Notes under the pieces: model-generated
Told to the model about the DNA's origin: nothing
The model's database searches: none
Seen by the model: the letters and a program-made list of their open reading frames with translations, nothing else
Origin: an uncultured bacterium
Lineage (GTDB): Bacteria > Bacteroidota > Ignavibacteria > Kapaibacteriales > UBA2268
Direction of reading: 5' to 3'
Assembly: GCA_942490685.1 (NCBI GenBank)
Contig: CALNXW010000016.1
Span: forward strand, 2,341,703-2,405,702
DNA: 64,000 nucleotides
Shown here: positions 41,687 to 52,594 of the stretch, piece by piece
Layout: every line of letters starts with the position of its first letter
Numbering within the stretch: the first letter of the stretch is position 1
Program-made: the position numbers and the translations under genes

Positions 41687-41849
41687 AACTCAAATCCAGT
41701 ATTATATGACACATTTATTTATAAACACATAAGTATAGGCTTGGTTACATTAAATATATTATTTATTACTCTTTGTTTTATTTTATAATCAAAAAAGGCA
41801 GCCCTTAAAAAAAGAACTGCCTTTAAATCATCTATTATTAAAGCTTGGA

Positions 41850-42926
41850 TTATCCGATTTCCCAGAAATCTTCCCCTTTCATTAATTCTTCCAAATTACC
41901 TTCGCCAAGTTTATCTTTAGCTGCCTGGATTTGCTCAGTTACCAAATCATTGTATGTTGGTTTTTCTAAATCTAAGAATACACCAAACGGACGAGGAACG
42001 TTTTCATGATAAGTCATGTTCGCCAAGATAAATGCAAGCATTGTATCTTTTTCGTTATGAACCATCAAGTCATTAACAGAATGTTTGCCATCTGTCAAAG
42101 AAACAACAGTTGGAGTAAATCCGTCTAATTTGATACCTTTATCTTTGTTAACACCAAAGATCATTGGTTTACCATGCTCAAGCTGAACAGTATTTTCTGC
42201 TCTAGCATCTTTAGCAGCAAAATTATCAAATGCGTGATCATTAAAGATAACACAGTTTGCATATACTTCGCAGAAAGAAACACCTCTGTGAGCATTAGCT
42301 CTTTCAAAAAGCATTTTCAAATCTTTAGGATCTTTATCGATACCGCGAGCAAAGAAAGTAGCTCCTGAGCCTAAAGCTAATGCAGGAGGATTGAACGGGT
42401 GATCAACAACACCAAAAGGAGAAGATTTAGTTTTTTGACCAGGCTGAGAAGTAGGTGAATACTGCCCTTTAGTCAAAGAGTAAATCTCATTGTTGAACAT
42501 AAGAATGTTCAAATCAATATTTCTACGGCACGCATGGATCATGTGGTTACCACCGATACTCATACAGTCACCATCACCAGTAGCAACCCAAACTGACATA
42601 TCAGGACGAGCTGTTTTCAAGCCTGAAGCAATCGCTAAGGCACGACCGTGAATTGAGTGAAAACCGTAAACATCCATATAATAAGGGAAACGGCTGGAAC
42701 AACCGATACCTGAGATAAACGCGATTTTTTCTTTAGGAATACCCAATTCAGGCATTATTTTTTGTACCTGACTTAAGATGGCATAACCACCGCAACCTGC
42801 ACACCAGCGTACATCGATACCTGCTTTGAAATCAGAAGCTTTATAATCTAAAGTTCCAATATGGGGCTTATTTACTATATCATCAACATGTGTAAACATC
42901 TTATTTGCCCTCCTGTAACAATTCAT
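41850..42926 (-). CDS. korB: 2-oxoacid (2-oxoglutarate):ferredoxin oxidoreductase, beta (TPP-binding) subunit
   Basis: WCAGCGGYAIL matches the Cys cluster and TPP-binding region of OFOR beta subunits. It is translationally coupled (overlapping) with the alpha subunit gene. Confidence 0.85.
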   Translation of the reverse strand: MNCYRRANKMFTHVDDIVNKPHIGTLDYKASDFKAGIDVRWCAGCGGYAILSQVQKIMPELGIPKEKIAFISGIGCSSRFPYYMDVYGFHSIHGRALAIASGLKTARPDMSVWVATGDGDCMSIGGNHMIHACRRNIDLNILMFNNEIYSLTKGQYSPTSQPGQKTKSSPFGVVDHPFNPPALALGSGATFFARGIDKDPKDLKMLFERANAHRGVSFCEVYANCVIFNDHAFDNFAAKDARAENTVQLEHGKPMIFGVNKDKGIKLDGFTPTVVSLTDGKHSVNDLMVHNEKDTMLAFILANMTYHENVPRPFGVFLDLEKPTYNDLVTEQIQAAKDKLGEGNLEELMKGEDFWEIG

Positions 42927-44739
42927 TTACTCTATCTTCTATTTCGTGTGCTTTAAGCGGCTTACCAATTACTTTAGTATATTTGATAACGTCTCTCATA
43001 TATTTAGAGCGAATCAAAGTAGCAAGGTGGCCTGTATTTAACTCAGGCAAAAGCACTCTGTCAAATTTAGAAAGTACATCACCCAAGTTTTTAGGGAATG
43101 GATTTAAATAGCGCAAGTGAGCATAAGAAACTTTTTTGCCTTCGGCTCTAAGTTTGTCAAATGCATCTTTGATTGCACCATAAGTACCGCCCCAGCCTAA
43201 GATTAGCAAATCGCCTTCCTGTTCGCCTTCTACATGAAGATCAGGAATAGAATTTGCAATTCTTTCCACTTTTTCAGCTCTGTAATTAATCATTTTTTCG
43301 TGGTTTTTAGGATCATGAGATACTAAACCTGTAATATCTTCTTTTTCCAAACCGCCGATTCTGTGTTCCAAACCTTCAGTTCCCGGAATAGCCCACATGC
43401 GAGCAAGTGTTTCAGGGTCACGTTTGTAAGGAGCAAAAGTTTCTTTATCAGTAGCAAATTCAACTTTGATATCAGGGATTTCATTCATTGAAGGAATTCT
43501 CCAAGGATTAGTACCCTGAGCAATGTAGCCGTCAGTCAAAAGAATTACAGGAGTCATATATTCTACAGCAATTCTAGAAGCTTCTACAGTTACATCAAAG
43601 CAATCAGCAGCACTGCTTGCACAAAGGATAGGCATTGGCGCTTCGCCGTGTCTGCCATACATAGCCATAAGCAAGTCAGACTGCTCAGGTTTAGTTGGAA
43701 GACCAGTAGAAGGGCCGGCTCTTTGCACGTCTACAATAACTAGTGGTAATTCAAGAATTACTGCTAAGCCCATTGCTTCAACTTTCAAAGAAAGACCAGG
43801 GCCACTAGTAGTAGTCACAGCTAAGTTACCACCATAAGCAGCACCAATAGCAGAGCAAATACCTGCGATTTCATCTTCTGCCTGGAATGTTTTCACACCC
43901 ATTTGTTTATATTCAGATAAAAAGTGCAAAATTTCAGTAGCCGGAGTGATAGGGTAAGATCCCAAGAAAAGCGGCAAATTAGCTTTTTTGGAAGCAGCAA
44001 CCATACCAAGAGCTACAGCATTATTACCGGTAATATTGCGATAGAAACCTTTTTGAAGGTTAGCGTTTTTGATTTTATATTGAGTATCAAATTTATCGCT
44101 TGCGTTAGCATAATCAAATCCGGCTTTTAAAACTTTAAGGTTAGAATCCAAAATTTCAGGTTTTTTACCAAATTTGGAGTGCAACCATTTTTCAGTTGGT
44201 TCTAGTGGTCTGTCAAACAACCAGTAAGTAATGCCAAGAGCAAAGATATTTTTTGTTCTTGATACATTTTTGCCAGACATACCGGAATCAGCCAATAGAT
44301 CTTTAACTTCGTTAGTCATGTCTATAGCATAGACTTTGTAGTCACCAAGTGAACCGTTTTCTAAAGGACTTATATCGTATTTAGCTAATTCTAAGTTTTT
44401 CTTACCGAAACCGGCAGTATTGCAGATAATAATTCCGCCTTTTTTCACCTGAGGTAGATTTACTTTGAGCGATGAGGCATTCATAGCTACAAGTACATCT
44501 ATTTCACTACCCGGAGTGTTTACTTTTTTAGAACCAAATTGAATTTGGTAAGCACTCACACCGTATAAAGTACCTTCCGGAGCGCGAATTTCTGATGGAT
44601 AATCAGGAAATGTGTTAACATCATTACCCACAATACCGGACGTATTTGAGAACTGCGTGCCGCTAAGCTGCATGCCATCCCCGGAGTCGCCGGCGAACCT
44701 TATCGTTACCTCATCGAGGTATTCTACTTTTTGTTCCAT
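42901..44739 (-). CDS. korA: 2-oxoacid (2-oxoglutarate):ferredoxin oxidoreductase, alpha subunit
   Basis: 612 aa. Two-subunit OFOR alpha architecture with a PFOR-like domain I and domain III. Confidence 0.85.
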   Translation of the reverse strand: MEQKVEYLDEVTIRFAGDSGDGMQLSGTQFSNTSGIVGNDVNTFPDYPSEIRAPEGTLYGVSAYQIQFGSKKVNTPGSEIDVLVAMNASSLKVNLPQVKKGGIIICNTAGFGKKNLELAKYDISPLENGSLGDYKVYAIDMTNEVKDLLADSGMSGKNVSRTKNIFALGITYWLFDRPLEPTEKWLHSKFGKKPEILDSNLKVLKAGFDYANASDKFDTQYKIKNANLQKGFYRNITGNNAVALGMVAASKKANLPLFLGSYPITPATEILHFLSEYKQMGVKTFQAEDEIAGICSAIGAAYGGNLAVTTTSGPGLSLKVEAMGLAVILELPLVIVDVQRAGPSTGLPTKPEQSDLLMAMYGRHGEAPMPILCASSAADCFDVTVEASRIAVEYMTPVILLTDGYIAQGTNPWRIPSMNEIPDIKVEFATDKETFAPYKRDPETLARMWAIPGTEGLEHRIGGLEKEDITGLVSHDPKNHEKMINYRAEKVERIANSIPDLHVEGEQEGDLLILGWGGTYGAIKDAFDKLRAEGKKVSYAHLRYLNPFPKNLGDVLSKFDRVLLPELNTGHLATLIRSKYMRDVIKYTKVIGKPLKAHEIEDRVNELLQEGK

Positions 44740-45218
44740 TTGGATTTTAAAACCTTCTTACTTGTTTGTTTAACTAAAGAACTGATGAAGACTTAACTCG
44801 TAAATTAGCAAAAAAGCCAGTAAAGTCAAGCAGTTTATTATCTATAAAGTTATTCTAATGATTTTGTTCATATATCATAACATTTAAGTAAGACCTAAAA
44901 ATCTGCCTATTGATTGCTATTCAATTACCTTTATATGTCAGACCTTGTCATCAGAAAGTCGTATTCCACCTCCACGCCCTTGCGGAGCGCCCCTCTATGG
45001 GCAGAGATTAAATACCAAAAGTCTAAACCTTGACTTATGATTTAAGCACTAAAGACATATTCGAATCATAAGTTTTCAAATGACAAATCTAAAAAAAAAA
45101 GGCATACTAAAATGTTTTCCCTATTTGTAGATTTGTGTGCTTTTAAATCTAAGAAAAAAACAAATATCTGTATGCCTTTTTTTCAAAAAAAATGCTATAT
45201 CAATGCATATTATGAGGT

Positions 45219-46214
45219 TTAGACAAGACTATAATTTGTAAGAGCTTTCATATACTGCGCTCTTTCAAACTGAGTAGCATTCTTTTCTTTCTGCTTACTC
45301 ATGCTGCCCTGCATTTGCTCGATTGAGTCATACTCTTTATTATGCATCCATGTTTGCATATCATTAAGCACTGTTCCGATATGGCTTATACCATATTTAA
45401 GCAATGCTGAACTCATCATTGTAACATTAGCGCCTACCATCATAAGTTTAAGCACATCTTCTGCTGTGTGCACACCACCCGTTGCTGCAAAATCTAAATT
45501 TAATCTGTATTTCAATATTGCTATCCAACGCAAAGCAAGTCTGATTTCAGAAGAATCACTAAGCACGATACTTGGTTCTACTTCAAGTTCATCAAGATTA
45601 ATATCAGGCTGATAAAATCTATTAAATAAAACTAAAGAATTTGCACCTGCTTCTTCGAATTTTTTAGCAGTGCTTGCCATATTTGTAAAATAAGGGCTTA
45701 GTTTTACAGCTACCGGAATATTCACATGTTTTTTAACTGCGTGTAATATATCTAAGTAAGATTTCTCAAGCTGATCTGCAGACAAATCAAACTCAGTAGG
45801 TACATTATAGATATTAAGCTCAATTGCATCAGCTCCTGCACCTTCCATATGTTTTGCATATTCTGCCCATGAGCCGGGGGAAGAAGCATTTAGAGAAGCA
45901 ATTACCGGAATGTCCACTGCTTCTTTTGCTCTAACAATGTGTTTAATATATTCATCGGGGCCAAGTCTATACTCATCCGGTTCCGGGAAAAACGATAATG
46001 CTTCAGGAAAGCTCTCAGTGCCTTGTGTCGTATGATAATGTAAGCTTTTTTGCTCTAGAGTTAGCTGCTCTTCAAATAAAGAATAAAGCACTACAGCACC
46101 GGCGCCGGCATCTTCCATTGCTTTGATATTATCAATCGATTCGGAAAGCGGATTAGCAGAAACAACCAATGGATTTTTAAGTTCCATGCCTAGATAGTTT
46201 GTCTTAAGATTCAT
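45219..46214 (-). CDS. Dihydroorotate dehydrogenase-like TIM-barrel flavoprotein (PyrD family fold; physiological substrate not assignable)
   Basis: VAVKLSPYFTN and TGGVHTAEDVLKLMMVGANVTMMSSALL resemble class 1 DHOD FMN-binding motifs. Confidence 0.6.
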   Translation of the reverse strand: MNLKTNYLGMELKNPLVVSANPLSESIDNIKAMEDAGAGAVVLYSLFEEQLTLEQKSLHYHTTQGTESFPEALSFFPEPDEYRLGPDEYIKHIVRAKEAVDIPVIASLNASSPGSWAEYAKHMEGAGADAIELNIYNVPTEFDLSADQLEKSYLDILHAVKKHVNIPVAVKLSPYFTNMASTAKKFEEAGANSLVLFNRFYQPDINLDELEVEPSIVLSDSSEIRLALRWIAILKYRLNLDFAATGGVHTAEDVLKLMMVGANVTMMSSALLKYGISHIGTVLNDMQTWMHNKEYDSIEQMQGSMSKQKEKNATQFERAQYMKALTNYSLV

Positions 46215-46503
46215 TACGTAAACCTCTAATTTATTTTATCAATAGTTTTAATTACTACAATAAAAAAACGGGCAATATGAAAAATATTGCCCGCTTATTT
46301 AACTTTTATCAAAATTTACCGGAACCTTTTTGCTATATGGCTATGAATAGCTTTATTAGTCTCTTATTTCTTAATCGGGTTGGTTTCTTTTTTAAATATA
46401 ATAAATATACTTTTTCGAATTTATCAGATGTAATTTAAGAAAAGACAGTTTCTTATTGTCTACACTCTCTCCTCTGATACCCGCATCGTTTAATACTAAT
46501 CCG

Positions 46504-47316
46504 TTATTTCTTATTAAAATATTCCTGTATTTTGATAAGATCAGGGTCTTTCATTGATTTGTAGGGTTCTTTGATTGTATAAGTAGCGGTAGACTCCAAA
46601 TATGGATCTACCTGAAGACCAAACGCCTTCGTTACCTCTAAATAAAACTGATTTAAATCAGTTTTATAGAATCTATTATAGATTTGCTTTAGTTTTAAAA
46701 ACTCTTTATCAATCCGACTTTCAGATGTTTCATCATTGTCAAATATAGAATTTAGAAAAATCAATCTTATATCTGCTGGTGCATATATTTGATTAATACA
46801 ATAATTAAGTATCAAAACTAAAGCAGTATATTTACTACTGCGCATTATTACTGATTGGAAAACACTAGGATCGATATAGCTAGTTGGAAAAGTAACAGAA
46901 CCAGACTGTTTTGATTCAAAGTGTCTTGAAGACAATCCATAAAGAGCTGATAATAAAGTATCAGCACTATTATTCTCATAGGATAATAAAAATGGAATAA
47001 TATCAGAATCAGATTCAAAAAATACATTTACTCCTTCTAAAAGCATGTTGTATCTTTCAAAAAACATATTCTTATCGATCATAAAATTTAAATTATTATT
47101 TAATATTATACAAGTATCTGAACTATTCAGATTAGGCATTTGACTAATTGGTAATGACGGCTTTTTCAATAAATGCAAAGCGTAAAAATCCTCAACCAAC
47201 GCCCATTTGCTTATAAACTCTTTACTTTCAAAATTTTGACTTGTCTGCTGTTCTCCCAGTGATATACAAGTGAGACTAACTAAGAAAATCATACTTGATA
47301 AAAAAAGGTACTTCAT
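46504..47316 (-). CDS. Hypothetical secreted protein
   Basis: 270 aa with a signal peptide (MKYLFLSSMIFLVSLTCISLG). No recognisable motif. Confidence 0.4.
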   Translation of the reverse strand: MKYLFLSSMIFLVSLTCISLGEQQTSQNFESKEFISKWALVEDFYALHLLKKPSLPISQMPNLNSSDTCIILNNNLNFMIDKNMFFERYNMLLEGVNVFFESDSDIIPFLLSYENNSADTLLSALYGLSSRHFESKQSGSVTFPTSYIDPSVFQSVIMRSSKYTALVLILNYCINQIYAPADIRLIFLNSIFDNDETSESRIDKEFLKLKQIYNRFYKTDLNQFYLEVTKAFGLQVDPYLESTATYTIKEPYKSMKDPDLIKIQEYFNKK

Positions 47317-47444
47317 TATGTTACTTCATTTTATATGATTAAAAGCTACACTAAAATTTCACTTTTCAATTTGATAAAAAAAACGGACAATACCAAAAAC
47401 TGATATTGTCCGCTGTATTTATCTGATAAATGTACTATCTAAAC

Positions 47445-50400
47445 TTAGTCTCTATCAGCTAAGTATTTGTACATTTCATATCTTTCTGTAACGTTATCCT
47501 GAGCCATTGCATAATATTTAGCAGCAATTTCAGGATTAGCTTTAGTAAGCATTCTGAAACGGTTTTCCATGTTCATAAAGTCTTTAACATCCATTTTTGG
47601 AGGTTTAGAATCTAATTTGAATGGATTTTTGCCTTCTAGAGTCAAAGTTGGATTGTATCTGTAAAGCAACCACTGACCTGAATCAACTACAGCTTTTTGA
47701 TGCTTCAATGGAGAAGACATATCGATACCGTGAGCGATACAGTGTGAGTATGCTAAGATAATAGAAGGTCCGTCATAAGCTTCTGCTTCTAAGAAAGTCT
47801 TAAGAGTATGGCTGTCATTTGCACCAAGTGCAACAGAACCAACGTAAACAGTACCATAGCTCATTGCCATCATACCAAGATCTTTCTTACGAGTCGGTTT
47901 ACCACCGGCAGAGAATTTAGCAATTGCACTAAGTGGAGTAGCTTTAGAAGTCTGACCACCTGTGTTAGAGTAAACTTCTGTATCCATAACTAGGATATTA
48001 ACGTTTTGGCCTGTAGCAATTACGTGATCAAGACCACCGTAACCAATATCATAAGCCCAACCGTCACCACCAACGATCCATACAGATTTTTTAACTAAGT
48101 AATCAACAAAAGTAAGAAGTCGTTTAGCTTCGTATTTGTTGTTACCAACAAGTTTATCTTTAACTGCAGCAACTCTTTCTCTTTGCTCAGCAATACCTTT
48201 TTCATCTTTTTGGTCTGCATTTAAGATAGCATCAACCAAATCCTGTCCTAAATCACCAGCTAATTCAGTAATCATTTGTTTAGCCATAGCTTCTTGTTTG
48301 TCAATTGCCAAACGGAAACCAAGACCAAATTCAGCATTATCTTCAAATAGTGAGTTAGACCAAGCCGGGCCACGTCCATTTTGATCAAATGTCCATGGAG
48401 TAGTAGGAAGGTTACCACCATAAATTGAAGAACAACCTGTAGCGTTAGCCACTACAGCTCTGTCGCCAAATAACTGAGAAACTAATTTAACATAAGGAGT
48501 TTCACCGCAACCTGCGCAAGCGCCGGAGAATTCGAACAATGGTCTTTGCATCTGCTGCTGACGAATAGCATCTACTTTAAGAGTAGTTCTGTCCGGATCA
48601 GGAATGCTTAAGAAGAAGTCCCAGTTCGCAGCTTCAGACTTACGGATTGGCGGCTGTGGAGCCAAATTAATCGCTTTAAGAGCAGTATTAGTTTTATTTT
48701 TAGCAGGACAAACTTCAACACAAACGCCGCAACCTGTACAATCTTCAGGAGCAACTTGTACTGTATATTTCATGCCTTTGAATGCTTTATCAGAAGAATC
48801 AGTAGATTTAAATGTTTCAGGTGCATTTTCCAATACTGCGCCGTCATAAGCTTTAACACGGATAGCAGCGTGAGGGCAAACCATAGAACATTTACCGCAC
48901 TGGATACAAACAGCTTCATCCCATACAGGAATTTCTAACGCGATAGAGCGTTTTTCCCACTGAGAAGTACCAGTCGGGAAAGTACCATCTTTAGGGAAAG
49001 CACTTACAGGAACATCATCGCCTTTACCTGCAATCAAGTGAGATAAAGTATTTTTAACGAACTCAGGAGCTTTGTCAGATACGTCATTGCAAATATCAAA
49101 TTCAGAAGTAACAGTATCTTTAACTTCGATTTCGTGTAAGTGTTCCAAAGTATTGTCAACAGCTTTAAGGTTCATGTTTACAATTTCATCACCTTTTTTG
49201 CCGTATGTTTTCTTGATAGAATCTTTAATAGCTGCAATAGCTTCATCGCGTTTCAATACACCGGAGATTGCAAAGAAGCAAACCTGCATTACAGTATTGA
49301 TTCTACGACCCATACCTGAATTTTCAGCTACAGTTTGAGCGTCAATTGCATATACTTTGATTTTTTTATCGATAATGATTTTCTGAGTAGTTTTAGGAAG
49401 TTTATTCCATACTTCAGCAGGATCACCAGGGATATTAATCAAGAAAGTACCACCTTCTTTGATATTCTCTAACATATTGTATTGCTCTAAGAATACTGTT
49501 TGGTGGCAAGCAATGAAGTTAGCAGAAGTAATAAGGTATTCAGAACGAATAATCTCAGGCCCGAATCTTAAGTGAGAAGTAGTCAAAGAGCCTGCTTTTT
49601 TAGAGTCATATACAAAATAACCTTGCGCATAGTTATCAGTGTTTTCACCAATAATTTTGATTGAGTTTTTGTTTGCACCAACTGTACCATCAGAACCCAA
49701 ACCAAAGAATATAGCACGGATTACATTTTCTTTTTCAATATCAAAAGATTTATCATAATCTAAAGAAGTGTTAGAAACGTCGTCTTTGATACCAACAGTG
49801 AAGTGGTTTTTAGGAGTTTCCAAAGATAAGTTATCGTAGATAGCTTTAACCATTGCAGGAGTAAACTCTTTAGAAGAAAGACCGTAACGACCTCCAACTA
49901 CTTTAGGGAAGTTTGTCAAATTACCATAGCCACTGTTGATGCCTTCAAAGATAGCATTAAGCACATCGTTATATAAAGGTTCTCCAACTGCGCCCGGCTC
50001 TTTAGTTCTATCCATCACTGCAATTTTCTTAACAGTAGCAGGAAGAACTTCCATAAAGCGTTTGATATCAAACGGACGGTAAACTCTAACGTTTACTAAA
50101 CCAATATTTTCGCCTTTAGCAGATAAATAGTCTATCGTTTCACGAACAGTTTGCTCAGCAGAACCCATAATCACGATTACTTTTTCAGCAGTATCTGAGC
50201 CATGGTATTCCATTAATTTGTACTGACGGCCTGTTAGAGAAGCAAATTTGTCCATTTGTTTTTGGATGATATCCGGGCAAGCTTCATAGAATCCGTTTAC
50301 AGTTTCTCTATTTTGGAAGAAAACGTCTGGATTTTGAGCAGTACCACGAATTACCGGATGATCAGGAGAAAGAGATCTTTCTCTGTGAGCAGTCACTAAA

Positions 50401-50996
50401 TCATCATTAATCATTTCTTTCATTACATTATCTTGTAAAAGCTCAATTTTCGCAACTTCATGAGAAGTACGGAAACCGTCAAAGAAATGTAGGAATGGAA
50501 TTCGAGATTCTAAAGTGGAAGCCTGAGCTATTAGAGCCATATCCATTACTTCTTGAACAGAATTGGAACCAATGAAAGCAAAACCTGTTGCTCTTGCAGC
50601 CATAATGTCACTGTGATCACCAAAAATGGAGAGTGCATGAGTAGCCAAGGAGCGAGCTGTGATATTGAACACTGTAGGTGTCAATTCGCCTGCTATTTTG
50701 TACATATTTGGTATTTTAAGTAGCAAACCTTGAGATGCTGTAAAAGTTGTAGTCAAAGCACCAGCTTGCAAAGAACCGTGAACAGCACCGGCTGCACCAC
50801 CTTCACTTTGCATTTCGCATACTACCGGCACATTGCCCCAAATATTTTTGATACCTTTTGCAGCCCATTCATCAGCCCATTCGCCCATATTAGATGACGG
50901 TGTGATTGGGTAAATCCCGCATACCTCGTTCACACGGTACATCGTATAAGCAGCTGCCTCGTTTCCATCAATAGTCGCATATACTTTCTGACTCAT
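47445..50996 (-). CDS. nifJ: Pyruvate:ferredoxin (flavodoxin) oxidoreductase, single-chain PFOR
   Basis: 1183 aa. The N-terminus MSQKVYATIDGNEAAAYTMYR...YPITPSS is classic PFOR. Ferredoxin-type CxxCxxCxxxCP motifs occur at CIQCGKCSMVCP and CTGCGVCVEVCP. A TPP domain follows. Confidence 0.95.
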   Translation of the reverse strand: MSQKVYATIDGNEAAAYTMYRVNEVCGIYPITPSSNMGEWADEWAAKGIKNIWGNVPVVCEMQSEGGAAGAVHGSLQAGALTTTFTASQGLLLKIPNMYKIAGELTPTVFNITARSLATHALSIFGDHSDIMAARATGFAFIGSNSVQEVMDMALIAQASTLESRIPFLHFFDGFRTSHEVAKIELLQDNVMKEMINDDLVTAHRERSLSPDHPVIRGTAQNPDVFFQNRETVNGFYEACPDIIQKQMDKFASLTGRQYKLMEYHGSDTAEKVIVIMGSAEQTVRETIDYLSAKGENIGLVNVRVYRPFDIKRFMEVLPATVKKIAVMDRTKEPGAVGEPLYNDVLNAIFEGINSGYGNLTNFPKVVGGRYGLSSKEFTPAMVKAIYDNLSLETPKNHFTVGIKDDVSNTSLDYDKSFDIEKENVIRAIFFGLGSDGTVGANKNSIKIIGENTDNYAQGYFVYDSKKAGSLTTSHLRFGPEIIRSEYLITSANFIACHQTVFLEQYNMLENIKEGGTFLINIPGDPAEVWNKLPKTTQKIIIDKKIKVYAIDAQTVAENSGMGRRINTVMQVCFFAISGVLKRDEAIAAIKDSIKKTYGKKGDEIVNMNLKAVDNTLEHLHEIEVKDTVTSEFDICNDVSDKAPEFVKNTLSHLIAGKGDDVPVSAFPKDGTFPTGTSQWEKRSIALEIPVWDEAVCIQCGKCSMVCPHAAIRVKAYDGAVLENAPETFKSTDSSDKAFKGMKYTVQVAPEDCTGCGVCVEVCPAKNKTNTALKAINLAPQPPIRKSEAANWDFFLSIPDPDRTTLKVDAIRQQQMQRPLFEFSGACAGCGETPYVKLVSQLFGDRAVVANATGCSSIYGGNLPTTPWTFDQNGRGPAWSNSLFEDNAEFGLGFRLAIDKQEAMAKQMITELAGDLGQDLVDAILNADQKDEKGIAEQRERVAAVKDKLVGNNKYEAKRLLTFVDYLVKKSVWIVGGDGWAYDIGYGGLDHVIATGQNVNILVMDTEVYSNTGGQTSKATPLSAIAKFSAGGKPTRKKDLGMMAMSYGTVYVGSVALGANDSHTLKTFLEAEAYDGPSIILAYSHCIAHGIDMSSPLKHQKAVVDSGQWLLYRYNPTLTLEGKNPFKLDSKPPKMDVKDFMNMENRFRMLTKANPEIAAKYYAMAQDNVTERYEMYKYLADRD

Positions 50997-51673
50997 ACAA
51001 GGAACTCCTAAACGTAATAAATGTATAAAAATGTCGTATATTGAGATCGTTTTAAATTCTGTCAGGGAAAGCGTATAATTCCCGTCCTCAAATTAACAAA
51101 ATTTTTTACAAATATCCACATCTTATATACAGAATCCGAATATTAAATAGGATTTCATTTACAAAGCTAAGTCTATTAAATTTGAGACATTTGAAAATAT
51201 TTCTATACTATCCTATAAACTCAATATAATTTGTTACTTCTTATATTTCGTATACTAATTTTAGTTTTATGTAATCTTATTTAAAATTCAAAATATTCGT
51301 AATGCTTATTTTAGAAGGATGTACATCTTCATCAGTGAAGAGATACTAGTTAAGGCAACCTATGTGGTGTGTTGAGAATAACCAGCATTTAGCTTGTAGT
51401 TATTTGTAGTGCTATCTGTAAAAATTACAAAACACACTCATAATAAAAATAGAGATAATTTATTCATTTTATTTTTCTATATTCGTTAACATAATAGATA
51501 TAATCATTCTTTTAAATTTTCTAGAATTTTCATTTGTATTCTTGAAAATTGAGTGTTTACACCCCACTGATAACGCGTTGAATATTAAGAGTACTTCTAT
51601 GTTTAGACAAATTCGAAATGAATAATGAGGTCAAAAAACAAACTAACTTCGTTCCTTTAGAATGTGTTTAAAA

Positions 51674-52303
51674 CTATTTTATTTCTAGGCTTCCACGATC
51701 CACTTTATCTTGTATCCTTGTTAAATGGAAGGACAGTTTAAATAGGAAAAGATACGCACCATAATCACTTAGAGTAAATAATTTTGAAGAATTTAATTTA
51801 TCTCTCGAATACTTCTTATTACTATGATTATTAATCCTATCCAGGAATACGATAGAATCATCTATTACATCTTCGAACTTTGGTAAATAAAATATTTGTG
51901 TAATTTCTTGTCTTTTTATTGATCCTACATGTTGTTTAATTGCTTCTTCTGGCTTCTCATTTTTTATTAGTATATCTTGATATTTCTTCAAGTTAAAGAT
52001 AGGTGCATAAATAATATGAGAAGGAAAGAATCGTTTGTTTGCTAAATCCATATCGCATGTGTTCGATATTACCATACAAGGAGCTTCTTTAATTGTAGTG
52101 TCAGGGAGATTAACAACTAGCAAATTGTTCAATCCATCACCTTGATATATGACATTATCCCCAACTAGATTCTTAGAATAAATTCTTTTGTCCATATTTT
52201 CAGGGAATCTTGACAATTCCTGATAAAGGATTCTCTCTGAATTCGAAGATAAATACTTCGGTAAATATAACTGTAAATCCTCTAAAGTCATATCAAATCC
52301 CAA
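51674..52303 (-). CDS. Hypothetical protein, third gene of an overlapping three-gene operon
   Basis: 209 aa, no recognisable motif. Its start overlaps the upstream gene by 16 nt. Confidence 0.5.
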   Translation of the reverse strand: MGFDMTLEDLQLYLPKYLSSNSERILYQELSRFPENMDKRIYSKNLVGDNVIYQGDGLNNLLVVNLPDTTIKEAPCMVISNTCDMDLANKRFFPSHIIYAPIFNLKKYQDILIKNEKPEEAIKQHVGSIKRQEITQIFYLPKFEDVIDDSIVFLDRINNHSNKKYSRDKLNSSKLFTLSDYGAYLFLFKLSFHLTRIQDKVDRGSLEIK

Positions 52304-52593
52304 AAATTGTCATCTACGATATCAATTATATCTGGATCAATATCTTTTGTATTGCTTATTAGTTTTTGAGCAAAAGTTACAATTGTCTCAGATTTATCAT
52401 GTTTAGAAAAAGCATCATAATCGTAAGTTTTAAAACCATTATCATTCCATTTGGAAATATCAGCCAATCTTTCTGCATTATAATCTGCATGTTGTGCCAC
52501 TTCTGTAATATTTGCTTCATACGGCAACGGAGTCACACATGTACTAGCAGTTACAGTAAGGAAAAACAAATTTTGTTTTGTTATTAACTCCAT
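52288..52593 (-). CDS. Hypothetical small acidic protein, middle gene of the three-gene operon
   Basis: 101 aa with an acidic C-terminus (DIDPDIIDIVDDNFWDLI). Its start is 2 nt from the upstream stop. Confidence 0.45.
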   Translation of the reverse strand: MELITKQNLFFLTVTASTCVTPLPYEANITEVAQHADYNAERLADISKWNDNGFKTYDYDAFSKHDKSETIVTFAQKLISNTKDIDPDIIDIVDDNFWDLI

Positions 52594-52594
52594 T

